The notes beneath the pieces were generated by a model that worked only from the letters and a program-made list of their open reading frames with translations, was not told the DNA's origin and searched no databases. The position numbers and the translations under genes were made by a program. From an uncultured Actinotalea sp. (GTDB taxonomy: Bacteria > Actinomycetota > Actinomycetes > Actinomycetales > Cellulomonadaceae), in assembly GCA_963521045.1 (NCBI GenBank), contig CAUQTR010000001.1, forward strand, positions 1 to 40,850: a stretch of DNA of 40,850 nt, read 5' to 3'. Shown piece after piece: positions 1 to 7,869 of the stretch (position 1 is its first letter; each line of letters begins with the position of its first letter).

Positions 1-22
1 GGGCGGGGCCGCCGGCGCGACC

Positions 23-952
23 TCAGCCCTTGACCGCTCCCGCCATGACGCCCGCGACGAGCTGCTTGCCGGCGAAGACGAAGACGATGAGCAGCGGCGC
101 GGCGACGAGGAACACCCCGGACATCACCAGGCCGGTGTCCGTCGTGAACGCGCCCCGCAGCTGCGGGATGACCAGGGGCATCGTCAGCTGCGAGCGCATC
201 ACCACGGCCGGCCAGAAGAAGCTGTTCCACGAGCCGACGAACGTGAAGAGCGCGAGCGTCGCCGCGGCCGGTCGCGCGGCGGGCAGCGCGATCGACCAGA
301 ACGTGCGGAACAGCGAGGCCCCGTCGACGCGCGCCGCCTCGACGAGCTCGAACGGCAGCGCCTCCTCGAGGTACTGCGTCATCCAGAAGACGCCGAAGGC
401 GCCGACCAGGCCGGGGACCGTCAGCGCGAGCAGCGAGTCGATCCAGCCGAGGTCGTTCATCATGACGAACATCGGGATGGTGCCGACCTGCGCCGGGATC
501 GCCAGCGTGGCGATCACCGTGAGGTAGAGCGCCTTGCGGCCGCGGAAGCTCAGCTTCGCGAAGCTGAAGCCCGCGAGCGTCGAGAAGAACACCGTCGACG
601 CGCTCACCGCGACGGCGACGAGCACGGAGTTGGCGAACGCCATCCAGAAGTTGAACTGCGACGCCGAGAGCACCGCGCCGAAGTTGTCGAGCAGCGTGAG
701 GGTCGGCAGCCACGCCGGCAGGGTGCCGACGGCGCGCGAGATCTCCTGGGTGCTCGACGAGCCGTACATCGCCGCGGCGTACAGCGGGAAGACGGACACG
801 ACGAAGACGACCGTGAGGAGCACGTAGGTGAGCCCGCCCGGCCTGCGGGTCGAGGGGTTGTGCCCCTGGACGGGCCTGCCCTTCGCCGCGCGCCTGCGCG
901 CGTACCGCACGGCGCCCCGGCCGGCCGTGTTCTCGATGAAGCCCGTGCTCAT
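23..952 (-). CDS. Carbohydrate ABC transporter permease (MalG-like)
   Basis: C-terminal part of ORF 23..2050. The ATG (MSTGFIENT) overlaps the upstream TGA (ATGA, 949-952). Several TM helices and EAA loop ELVEAARVDGAS; ends AGAVKG. Confidence 0.92.
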   Translation of the reverse strand: MSTGFIENTAGRGAVRYARRRAAKGRPVQGHNPSTRRPGGLTYVLLTVVFVVSVFPLYAAAMYGSSSTQEISRAVGTLPAWLPTLTLLDNFGAVLSASQFNFWMAFANSVLVAVAVSASTVFFSTLAGFSFAKLSFRGRKALYLTVIATLAIPAQVGTIPMFVMMNDLGWIDSLLALTVPGLVGAFGVFWMTQYLEEALPFELVEAARVDGASLFRTFWSIALPAARPAAATLALFTFVGSWNSFFWPAVVMRSQLTMPLVIPQLRGAFTTDTGLVMSGVFLVAAPLLIVFVFAGKQLVAGVMAGAVKG

Positions 953-2094
953 CGCTTCGCTCCTTCCTCGAGGCGGGCGGCGTCCGCCGCGCCCGGGTCG
1001 TGGGACGTCGTCGTTCCCGAGGCCGTGGCGGGCGCCGTGCCGGGCGCTGGGCTCCGCGGCTGCGCGGCAGCGGCCCGTGCCCGCGCGACGGCGGCGTTGT
1101 GCTGGGCCCGCGAGACCCGGCTCGTCCGCGCGGACGACGACGAGATGGACCGGGTGAGCAGGAAGTTGACCAGGGAGAAGATCATGATGACGAGCGCGAA
1201 GATCCAGCCCACGGCCGCGGCCTGGCCGAGGCGGTCCTGCCAGTCGCCGAAGCCGAGCTCGTACAGGTAGAGCACGACGGTGGTCCACTGGTTGTCGGCG
1301 CCGCCCTTGCCGCCGCCCGTGCCGCCGCCGTCGAACATGCGGGCCTCGTCGAAGATCTGCAGGCCGCCGATGGTCATGGTGAGGATGACGAAGATCATCG
1401 TGGGGCGGATGCTCGGGATGGTCACCGAGAAGAACTGGCGCACGCGGCTCGCACCGTCGACCGTGGAGGCCTCGTAGAGCTCGCGCGGCACCGCCTGCAT
1501 CGCGGCGAGCAGGATGAGCGAGTTGTAGCCGGTCCAGCGGAACACGACCATCGAGCCGATCGCCATGTGCGAGAGCAGGCGGTCCTGGAAGAACGGCGAG
1601 TCGACGTGGTCCAGCAGGCCCAGGTCCTGGAGGTTGGGCACCAGGAGGCCGAACTGGCCGAACACCTGACCGAAGATCATCGCCGTGGCCACGGGCATCA
1701 CGACGAACGGGACCAGCACGCTCATGCGCCAGAAGGTCCGGGCGCGCAGGTTCTGGTCGAGGATCGCCGCGATGAGCAGCGCGAGCACGAGCTGCGGGAT
1801 CCCGCCCCACAGGAAGATCGAGAACGTGTTCTCGAGCGAGCGCCAGAACAGCGGCTGGCGCAGCACCCAGACGAAGTTGTCGACCCCCACGAAGTCGCCC
1901 ATGCCGGCGCGGCGGTGCCAGTCGTGGACCGCGACGACGACGTTGAACAGGAGCGGGAACGCGCCGAAGAGCGCGAAGAGGACGAAGAACGGCGAGATGT
2001 ACAGGTAGGGCGAGACCTTGATGTCCCACCGGGACATCCGCTGCCCCCACCCCACGCGCCGCGCGACGCGGGGTGCCGCTGAGTTCGATGCCAT
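949..2094 (-). CDS. Carbohydrate ABC transporter permease (MalF-like)
   Basis: Start MASNSAAP at 2094; TM helices; EAA motif ELYEASTVDGAS. Confidence 0.92.
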   Translation of the reverse strand: MASNSAAPRVARRVGWGQRMSRWDIKVSPYLYISPFFVLFALFGAFPLLFNVVVAVHDWHRRAGMGDFVGVDNFVWVLRQPLFWRSLENTFSIFLWGGIPQLVLALLIAAILDQNLRARTFWRMSVLVPFVVMPVATAMIFGQVFGQFGLLVPNLQDLGLLDHVDSPFFQDRLLSHMAIGSMVVFRWTGYNSLILLAAMQAVPRELYEASTVDGASRVRQFFSVTIPSIRPTMIFVILTMTIGGLQIFDEARMFDGGGTGGGKGGADNQWTTVVLYLYELGFGDWQDRLGQAAAVGWIFALVIMIFSLVNFLLTRSISSSSARTSRVSRAQHNAAVARARAAAAQPRSPAPGTAPATASGTTTSHDPGAADAARLEEGAKR

Positions 2095-2182
2095 GGGTGG
2101 CGCCTTCCGTGGAGCTCGTGGTGACGCTGGGGTGCGCCGGGCCTGCCGCGATGTCAGCGCTCTGCGCCGCAGGCCCGGCGCC

Positions 2183-2213
2183 GGCCGGTCCCCGGAGGCT
2201 CCGAGGACCGGCC
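2183..2213. terminator. GC-rich stem-loop just downstream of the solute-binding protein gene (attenuator/mRNA stabiliser)
   Basis: GGCCGGTCC-c-CGGA-ggc-TCCG-a-GGACCGGCC inverted repeat directly after the SBP stop codon. Confidence 0.6.
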
Positions 2214-2224
2214 GCGTCAGGGGA

Positions 2225-3535
2225 TCAGCCGGCGGTCTCGAACCCGAGGGCGTCGAAGTCGGCGACGACGGACTCCCAGGCCTCCTGGGGCGTGGCGCCA
2301 CCCGACTCGACGAGCCGGATGCCGTCGGTGACGAGCGTCTGGATGCCCGCGAAGTTCTCGCCGCGGAAGCCGCCCGCCGCCGAGTCGCCGGCGGCCGCGG
2401 CGAGCTCGCCGTAGATCTGGCCCACGCGCTGGTCGCCGTAGAACTCGTTCTCCGCCTCGGCGATCTCCGGGCTCTCCATGGCCTCGAGCTGCGAGGGGAA
2501 CTGGCCGGTCGTGTTGAACCACGCGATCGCGGCGTCGGCCGACGTCAGGTGGTCGGCGAGCTTGACCGCCCACTCGGTGCTCTCGCCCGTGGCCGGGACG
2601 GCGAAGAACGAGCCGCCCCAGTTGCCGCCGCCCTCGGGGAACGTGCTGGCGATGCGCCAGCCCTCGATGCCCGCGGCGTTCTCGGCGATGATGCCGGTCA
2701 TCCACGCCGGGGTGACCACGGTCGCCCACTGCTGGTTCTGGAAGCCGGCGCCCCAGTCGGCGTGACCGATGGCGATGCCCGCGGAGACGCCGTCCTCGGC
2801 GGCCTCGGCGAACATCATGAAGAGCTCCTTGACCTCCTCGTTCTCGGCCAGCGCGTACGGCGCACCCGACTCCGGGTCCTCGAAGGCGGCCGGCAGCAGG
2901 TTGATCGAGGCCTGGAAGGCGTTGGTCAGCGAGTCGATGAAGTAGTTGTCGCTGGTCTCGACGTAGGCGCGGCCGGCGTCGAGGAACGACTGCCAGGTCG
3001 CGTCCTCGCCCCCGATGAACTCGCCGAGGGACTCCGGGTCCGTGGCCACGCCTGCGGCCGTGGTCATGTCCTGGTTGAAGGCGATGGCGAGCGGGCCGAT
3101 GTCGGTGCCGTAGCCGGTGATCGTGCCGTCGACCGAACCCTGGTCGACCTTCCAGTCGACCCAGCGGTCCGGGACCTCGGGGAGCGCTACCCAGTCCTCG
3201 GGCACGGCCATCATCTCGGTCCACCAGTCGAGCTCGACGAGGTGGACGTCCGAGAGGCCGGCACCGTCGGCGGACAGGCCGTTGCGCAGGACCGTCTGGG
3301 CCGAGGCGCCGTCGGGGAACGAGTTCACGACGATCTCGATGCCGTGCTCCTCCTCGAAGGAGTCGAGCAGCTCCTGCGGGAAGTCCATCCACGCCGCGAC
3401 GGTGAGCTCGTCGGGCTTGTTGTCCTCGCTCGGCTCCTCGGCCGTCCCGCCGCCCCCGCCGCCGCACGCGGCGAGCGTGAGAGCAGCCACGGCAGAGAAG
3501 GCTGCTGCGCCCGCGAACTTCTGGGTGATCCTCAT
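2225..3535 (-). CDS. Sugar ABC transporter substrate-binding lipoprotein (family 1)
   Basis: Signal peptide with lipobox LAAC, a GNWGGSF motif, and a position upstream of two permeases. Confidence 0.92.
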   Translation of the reverse strand: MRITQKFAGAAAFSAVAALTLAACGGGGGGTAEEPSEDNKPDELTVAAWMDFPQELLDSFEEEHGIEIVVNSFPDGASAQTVLRNGLSADGAGLSDVHLVELDWWTEMMAVPEDWVALPEVPDRWVDWKVDQGSVDGTITGYGTDIGPLAIAFNQDMTTAAGVATDPESLGEFIGGEDATWQSFLDAGRAYVETSDNYFIDSLTNAFQASINLLPAAFEDPESGAPYALAENEEVKELFMMFAEAAEDGVSAGIAIGHADWGAGFQNQQWATVVTPAWMTGIIAENAAGIEGWRIASTFPEGGGNWGGSFFAVPATGESTEWAVKLADHLTSADAAIAWFNTTGQFPSQLEAMESPEIAEAENEFYGDQRVGQIYGELAAAAGDSAAGGFRGENFAGIQTLVTDGIRLVESGGATPQEAWESVVADFDALGFETAG

Positions 3536-3573
3536 CGGTGAGGTCCTTTCGAGTTTCCTTGGGTGGGGTTCGG

Positions 3574-3608
3574 TGCGTGCTCAGTGCTGCGTGCTCAGTG
3601 CTGCGTGC
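3574..3608. repeat. 14-bp tandem repeat (TGCGTGCTCAGTGC x2.5) spanning the GH39 stop codon
   Basis: Read directly from the sequence. Confidence 0.8.
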
Positions 3609-5235
3609 CCGTGCGCGCGATCGACGCGACGGCCCAGGGGGCCAGCTCGAGGTCGATCTCCAGGACGCCGCCGGCGTCGACCGTGAGGGTCCGGCGGTCG
3701 AGGTCGTCGGCGACCCTCGTGAGGTCGACGACGTCCTGGCGCGAGAGGTTGAGCGGCTCGCCGCGGCGGTGCCACTCCTCCGCGACGTTGCCGTGCTCCT
3801 GGTCGAGCACCTCGACGACGTAGGTCGCACCCGGCTGCAGCCCGGCGACGGAGTGCGTGATGCGGCGGGCGGGGCCCTCGCCCGCGTGGCGGCGGGCGTC
3901 GGCGTAGCCGTTCGCGCCGCCGACCGACCGCATGCCCATGGAGTCCGGGTAGTTGAAGAAGACGGCCGCGACGGCGTCGTCGGCGGTGCGCGTGATGACG
4001 CCGTGCTCCGTCTGGAGCGCGATCGTCGGGCCGAGGCGGTGGAGCATCGCCATCGCGTGGAACGTGGGCTTGTGGATGCCCTGCTCGTTGACGAAGCCGA
4101 AGCCGCCGTGGAACGGCCCGATGCCCCCGCCGCCCTCCTCGAAGACGTCGGTGAACGTCCAGTAGGAGATCGAGTCCGCCAGGTCGTGGCACTGCAGGAA
4201 CGCGCGCGTGATGTATGTCGCGGCGAACACCGTGTCGTGCATGTGGTCACGGCTCGACGGCGAGGTGGACCACTCGGTGATGTGCAGCGCGGCGTCCGGG
4301 TACGGGCTCGCGGCGATGATCTTGCGCAGCGTCTCGAGGTCGTTCATCGTCGCGTCGCGGTTGCGGCTGATCGGCCGGCCCACGCCCTGGGTGTCGAACG
4401 CGTAGTCCGTCGGGTACAGGTGCGTGGAGAGGAAGTCGATCGGCAGGCCCCGCTCGGCGCAGTAGTCGATGAGCTCGGTGATCCACACCGGCTTCCAGGG
4501 CAGCACGTCCGGGTCCGGCGCCTCGGCGGTGGCCGCCTCGACCGACCGGTCCTGGTACTCGCCGTCGTACCGCGCGTCGGGGACGAACACGGACGACGAC
4601 GGGCCGCCGACCTTGAGCCCGGGGTCGATGCCCTTGATGGCCCGGGCGGTCGCCTCGTACAGCTCGAAGTACTCGGTGCGCGTGCCCGTCCAGAAGTGCG
4701 GCACGAGGTTCGGCTCGTTCCACACCTCGAACGGCCACCGGCGCACCTCGTCGAGCCCGTACCGGTCGATCCAATGGCGGACCGTCGTGGTGACGAGCTC
4801 GACCCACGCACCCATGTCGGTGGGCGGGCTGCAGTGCGCCTTCCACCAGAAGAGGGTCTCCGTCTGCGTCGCGAGCTCGCGGGGCATGAAGCCCAGCTCG
4901 ACGAACGGGCGGGCCCCGGTGGCGAGGATCGCGTCGAACACCTTGTCGACGTAGGCGTAGGTGTAGACGGGCGTCGGGAGCGGGGTCGGCGGGCCGAAGC
5001 CGCCGCCGTTGGAGGCGCGGTAGACGAACATGTCGTCGTGGAAGACGCCGTGGAAGCGCACGTAGCGGGCGCCGAGCACCTCGACCGCCTCGCGGAAGTG
5101 GCTCTGCCAGTCGACGCGCAGCGCCTCGTTGGCCCGACCCGCGCCGACGCACTCGTTCCAGACGTGTCGCAGCACCCGATCGGCCGAGGGACGACCATCG
5201 ATCAGTAGCGTTGACGGCGACGCGTCCGCAGACAT
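3595..5235 (-). CDS. GH39 glycoside hydrolase (beta-xylosidase-like)
   Basis: Motifs VGAGRA, YVRFHG, RPFVELGFMP, acid/base WNEPN, nucleophile ITEW, SYWTFTDVFEE. Start MSADAS follows a GGAGG RBS. Confidence 0.9.
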   Translation of the reverse strand: MSADASPSTLLIDGRPSADRVLRHVWNECVGAGRANEALRVDWQSHFREAVEVLGARYVRFHGVFHDDMFVYRASNGGGFGPPTPLPTPVYTYAYVDKVFDAILATGARPFVELGFMPRELATQTETLFWWKAHCSPPTDMGAWVELVTTTVRHWIDRYGLDEVRRWPFEVWNEPNLVPHFWTGTRTEYFELYEATARAIKGIDPGLKVGGPSSSVFVPDARYDGEYQDRSVEAATAEAPDPDVLPWKPVWITELIDYCAERGLPIDFLSTHLYPTDYAFDTQGVGRPISRNRDATMNDLETLRKIIAASPYPDAALHITEWSTSPSSRDHMHDTVFAATYITRAFLQCHDLADSISYWTFTDVFEEGGGGIGPFHGGFGFVNEQGIHKPTFHAMAMLHRLGPTIALQTEHGVITRTADDAVAAVFFNYPDSMGMRSVGGANGYADARRHAGEGPARRITHSVAGLQPGATYVVEVLDQEHGNVAEEWHRRGEPLNLSRQDVVDLTRVADDLDRRTLTVDAGGVLEIDLELAPWAVASIARTGTQH

Positions 5236-5285
5236 CCAGACCTCCGTTGGTCGGCGGGGTGGCACCAGTGCAGCACCCAGGGTTC

Positions 5286-5298
5286 CGAAACTGTTTCG
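5286..5298. promoter_or_regulatory. LacI-family operator CGAAAC-T-GTTTCG
   Basis: Palindrome in the divergent GH39/LacI intergenic region. A second copy lies at 5395-5407, and an overlapping palindrome GTTTCGAAAC at 5293-5302. Confidence 0.75.
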
Positions 5299-5394
5299 AA
5301 ACGTGTATCGTGGGTTGAGCGTAGAGCGCTGCACGGAAGTTGGCTAGTCCTTGCACGCAACTCGATCTTGCGGGCCGCTCGGCACACAGGTGAG

Positions 5395-5407
5395 CGAAAC
5401 AGTTTCG
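5395..5407. promoter_or_regulatory. LacI-family operator CGAAAC-A-GTTTCG (autoregulatory site)
   Basis: Exact reverse complement of 5286-5298, 14 nt upstream of the LacI start codon. Confidence 0.75.
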
Positions 5408-5421
5408 ACCCAGGGAGATCC

Positions 5422-6462
5422 ATGTCGCGTGACCCGGTCCGGCAGCGGCCCACGCTCTCGGACATCGCCGCGGCAGCCGGCGTCTCCAAGGCGACCGTCT
5501 CCAAGGCCCTCAACGGCCGGCAGGACGTCGCGGCCGAGACCCGCGAGCGCGTCCTCGCCGCCGTCGCGGAGCTCGGCTACCGGCCGACGACGGCGTCCCT
5601 GGCCGCTCCGGACCGGCGCGCGCTCGCCGTCGTCTTCGACATCCCGGCGTCGCCGTACATCCTCGGCGTGCTCCAGGGCGTGCTGGCCTCGGCCACCGAC
5701 CAGGGCGTCGACCTCATCACGCGGCTGGCCCCCGAGCGGGCCACGCGCACCGAGCGCGTGGTCGCCCGCGAGTGGGTGGCCGACCAGCGCGCCGTCGGCG
5801 TCGTCGGCATCATCGGGCTCACCCTGTCGCGGCCGAACGAGCTCATCCACGCCGCGAGCGACGCGAACCTGCCCGTGATCATCGTCGACCCCGTGGACAC
5901 GCGGCACCGCCGCATGGTGAGCGTCGGCTCGAGCAACTGGGCCGGCGCGCGCACCGCGACCGAGCATCTCGTCGGCCTCGGCCACCGGCGCATCGCCTGG
6001 ATCGGCGGGCCCGAGGGGTCGGTCGCCGCGCGCGACCGGCTCTACGGCTACCAGGCGGCGCTCGACGCCGCCGGCCTCGAGGTCGACCCCGCGCTCATCC
6101 GGGCCGACCAGTTCGAGGTGGCCACGGGCGCCCGGCACGCGCGTGACCTGCTCACCGCGGCCGACCCACCCACGGCGATCATGGCCGCCGACGACGAGAT
6201 CGCGGTCGGCGTGCTCGCCACGGCGCACGCGCTCGGCATCCGCGTGCCGGAGCAGCTCAGCGTCACGGGCTTCGACGACACCCCCCAGGCGGCGTGGACG
6301 ACGCCGCCGCTGACCACGGTGCACCAGCACCTCGAGGGCATGGGCCGGATGGCGGTCGAGACCGCGCTCGCGATGGCGGAGGGCCGGCACCCGGCGTCGC
6401 GGCACGTCGAGCTCGCGACGTCGTTGACGGTGCGGGAGAGCACGGGCCCGGCGCCGGCGTGA
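5422..6462 (+). CDS. LacI-family transcriptional regulator
   Basis: HTH TLSDIAAAAGVSKATVSKALN; C-terminal LSVTGFDD...PPLTTV. Confidence 0.95.
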   Translation: MSRDPVRQRPTLSDIAAAAGVSKATVSKALNGRQDVAAETRERVLAAVAELGYRPTTASLAAPDRRALAVVFDIPASPYILGVLQGVLASATDQGVDLITRLAPERATRTERVVAREWVADQRAVGVVGIIGLTLSRPNELIHAASDANLPVIIVDPVDTRHRRMVSVGSSNWAGARTATEHLVGLGHRRIAWIGGPEGSVAARDRLYGYQAALDAAGLEVDPALIRADQFEVATGARHARDLLTAADPPTAIMAADDEIAVGVLATAHALGIRVPEQLSVTGFDDTPQAAWTTPPLTTVHQHLEGMGRMAVETALAMAEGRHPASRHVELATSLTVRESTGPAPA

Positions 6463-6492
6463 GGTGACGGCGCGGGCCGCTCGGACGCGGCC

Positions 6493-7281
6493 TCAGCCGA
6501 CGTCGGACGTCCGCCCGCGGGGGTCGGCGCCGTGGAGGACGCACGCGCCTCGGCCGCTGCGCTTCGCGTCGTACATCGCGGCGTCGGCCGCAGCGAGGAT
6601 CGCGTCGGAGGTGGCGAAGCCGGCCGGGCCGACGGCCACGCCGATGCTGCTCGTCACGGTGTGCGCCACGGTGCCGAGCTCGTGCGGGGCACTCAACCGT
6701 TCGCTGAGGCGCTCGGCGACGGCCAGCGCGGCCGCACCGGAGGCGACCTCGTCCAGGAGGACGACGAACTCGTCCCCGCCGACCCGAGCGGCGGTGTCGC
6801 CCGCCCTCAGCTCGGCGGTGATGCGCCCGGCCACCTCGACGAGCAGCTGGTCCCCGGCGGCGTGGCCGAGGGTGTCGTTGACCGTCTTGAAGTGGTCGAG
6901 GTCGAGGAACAGGACCGCGAACCCGGTCCCGCGCCGGTCGGCGACGTTCAGGCGGTGGGCGAGCCGGTCCCAGAAGGCCGCACGGTTCGCCAGCCCGGTC
7001 AGGTCGTCGTGCAGCGCGCGTCGGCTGAGCTCCTGCGTGGCGATCGCGAGCTCGGCCGTACGGTCGGCGACGCGACGCTCGAGCTCCTCGTAGGACGCCT
7101 CGAGCTCCTCGCCGAGCGCGTTCACACCGGCCGCGACGGCGTCGACGATGTCGCCCGCGGGACCGACCGTGGCGCGGGCGTCGAACCGCAGGGCGGCGAA
7201 CTCCTGGATCGCGCTCACGACCTCCTCGAGGCGGCGCTCGAACTCCGCGCCTCCGGGGCCCGGGGGCACCTCGGTGGTCAC
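6493..7281 (-). CDS. Cytoplasmic HAMP/coiled-coil diguanylate cyclase
   Basis: Motifs HDDLTGLANR and DLDHFKTVNDTLGHAAGD, I-site RAGD and an intact GGDEF. The GTG start overlaps the upstream TGA (GTGA 7278-7281). Confidence 0.92.
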   Translation of the reverse strand: MTTEVPPGPGGAEFERRLEEVVSAIQEFAALRFDARATVGPAGDIVDAVAAGVNALGEELEASYEELERRVADRTAELAIATQELSRRALHDDLTGLANRAAFWDRLAHRLNVADRRGTGFAVLFLDLDHFKTVNDTLGHAAGDQLLVEVAGRITAELRAGDTAARVGGDEFVVLLDEVASGAAALAVAERLSERLSAPHELGTVAHTVTSSIGVAVGPAGFATSDAILAAADAAMYDAKRSGRGACVLHGADPRGRTSDVG

Positions 7282-7664
7282 ACCAGGTGCTCCTTCAGCC
7301 ACGCGACAGCGGCGGCCTCGTCCTCGAACAACCGGATGGGGACCTCGGGCCGGCTCACGTTGATGAAGAACGTCGCCATCATCCGGCTGAGCGGGTTCCC
7401 GACGATGAGCGCGACGGCGGACACGACGCCCTGATCGCGGACGAACTCCATCCGCGCAGCCCTGTCCTGCGGGCCGGCGTCGGTCGTGTGCACGAGGAGC
7501 GGCGCGCGGCGACCACCGGTGAGCTCGGCCATCGCCTTGATCGTCGCGATGGCGTCCTCGAGCCCCGACGGGACGTGCGGTGCCCACACGATCTCGCACA
7601 CGCCGTCCGGCCGGAGCCAGATGCGGAACTTCTCGCCCACGATCTCGGGGCACTCGCTGCTCAT
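7278..7664 (-). CDS. Small STAS/SEC14 (SpoIIAA-like) domain protein
   Basis: 128 aa, start MSSECPE. Contains PLLVH...AVALIVGNPLSRMMATFF...PIRLFEDEAAAVAWL, typical of SpoIIAA-like small proteins. Translationally coupled to the GGDEF gene. Confidence 0.7.
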   Translation of the reverse strand: MSSECPEIVGEKFRIWLRPDGVCEIVWAPHVPSGLEDAIATIKAMAELTGGRRAPLLVHTTDAGPQDRAARMEFVRDQGVVSAVALIVGNPLSRMMATFFINVSRPEVPIRLFEDEAAAVAWLKEHLV

Positions 7665-7680
7665 GTGGTCCGTCCCTCGT

Positions 7681-7752
7681 TCGGCGGCCCGGCTGACCTC
7701 GTAGGTCCCGTGGCTTTGCGTCCCCGCCTCGCGACGGGTTTGCCCTTGTCGT
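7681..7752 (-). ncRNA. c-di-GMP-I (GEMM) riboswitch
   Basis: Minus strand reads CGACAAGGGCAAACCCGUC-GCGA-GGCGGGGACGCAAAGCCACGGGACCUACGAGGUCAGCCGGGCCGCCGA. It has the conserved GGGCAAACC and GACGCAAAGCC blocks, a GNRA-capped P2 and a P3 hairpin. Confidence 0.9.
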
Positions 7753-7869
7753 CCTCCAGAAGAAGTATCGGCCGGAACAAGCCCTTTGGTGAGCAGAACG
7801 ACAGGGCACGTGGACGGGAGGCGAGCAGGGCCGGCTCCGCGCGCGCCGGGCACGCGGGCGGCGGCCTCG

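Noticed and set aside
3574..3608. Tandem repeat as CRISPR or regulatory array
   Set aside because: Only 2.5 adjacent 14-bp units, no spacers and no cas genes; looks like a slippage duplication.
7681..7752. 3',3'-cGAMP-selective GEMM-Ib variant / Hypr GGDEF
   Set aside because: The discriminating position appears to be G (AAGGGCAAACC), and the cyclase keeps the standard ND residues (TVNDTLGH).
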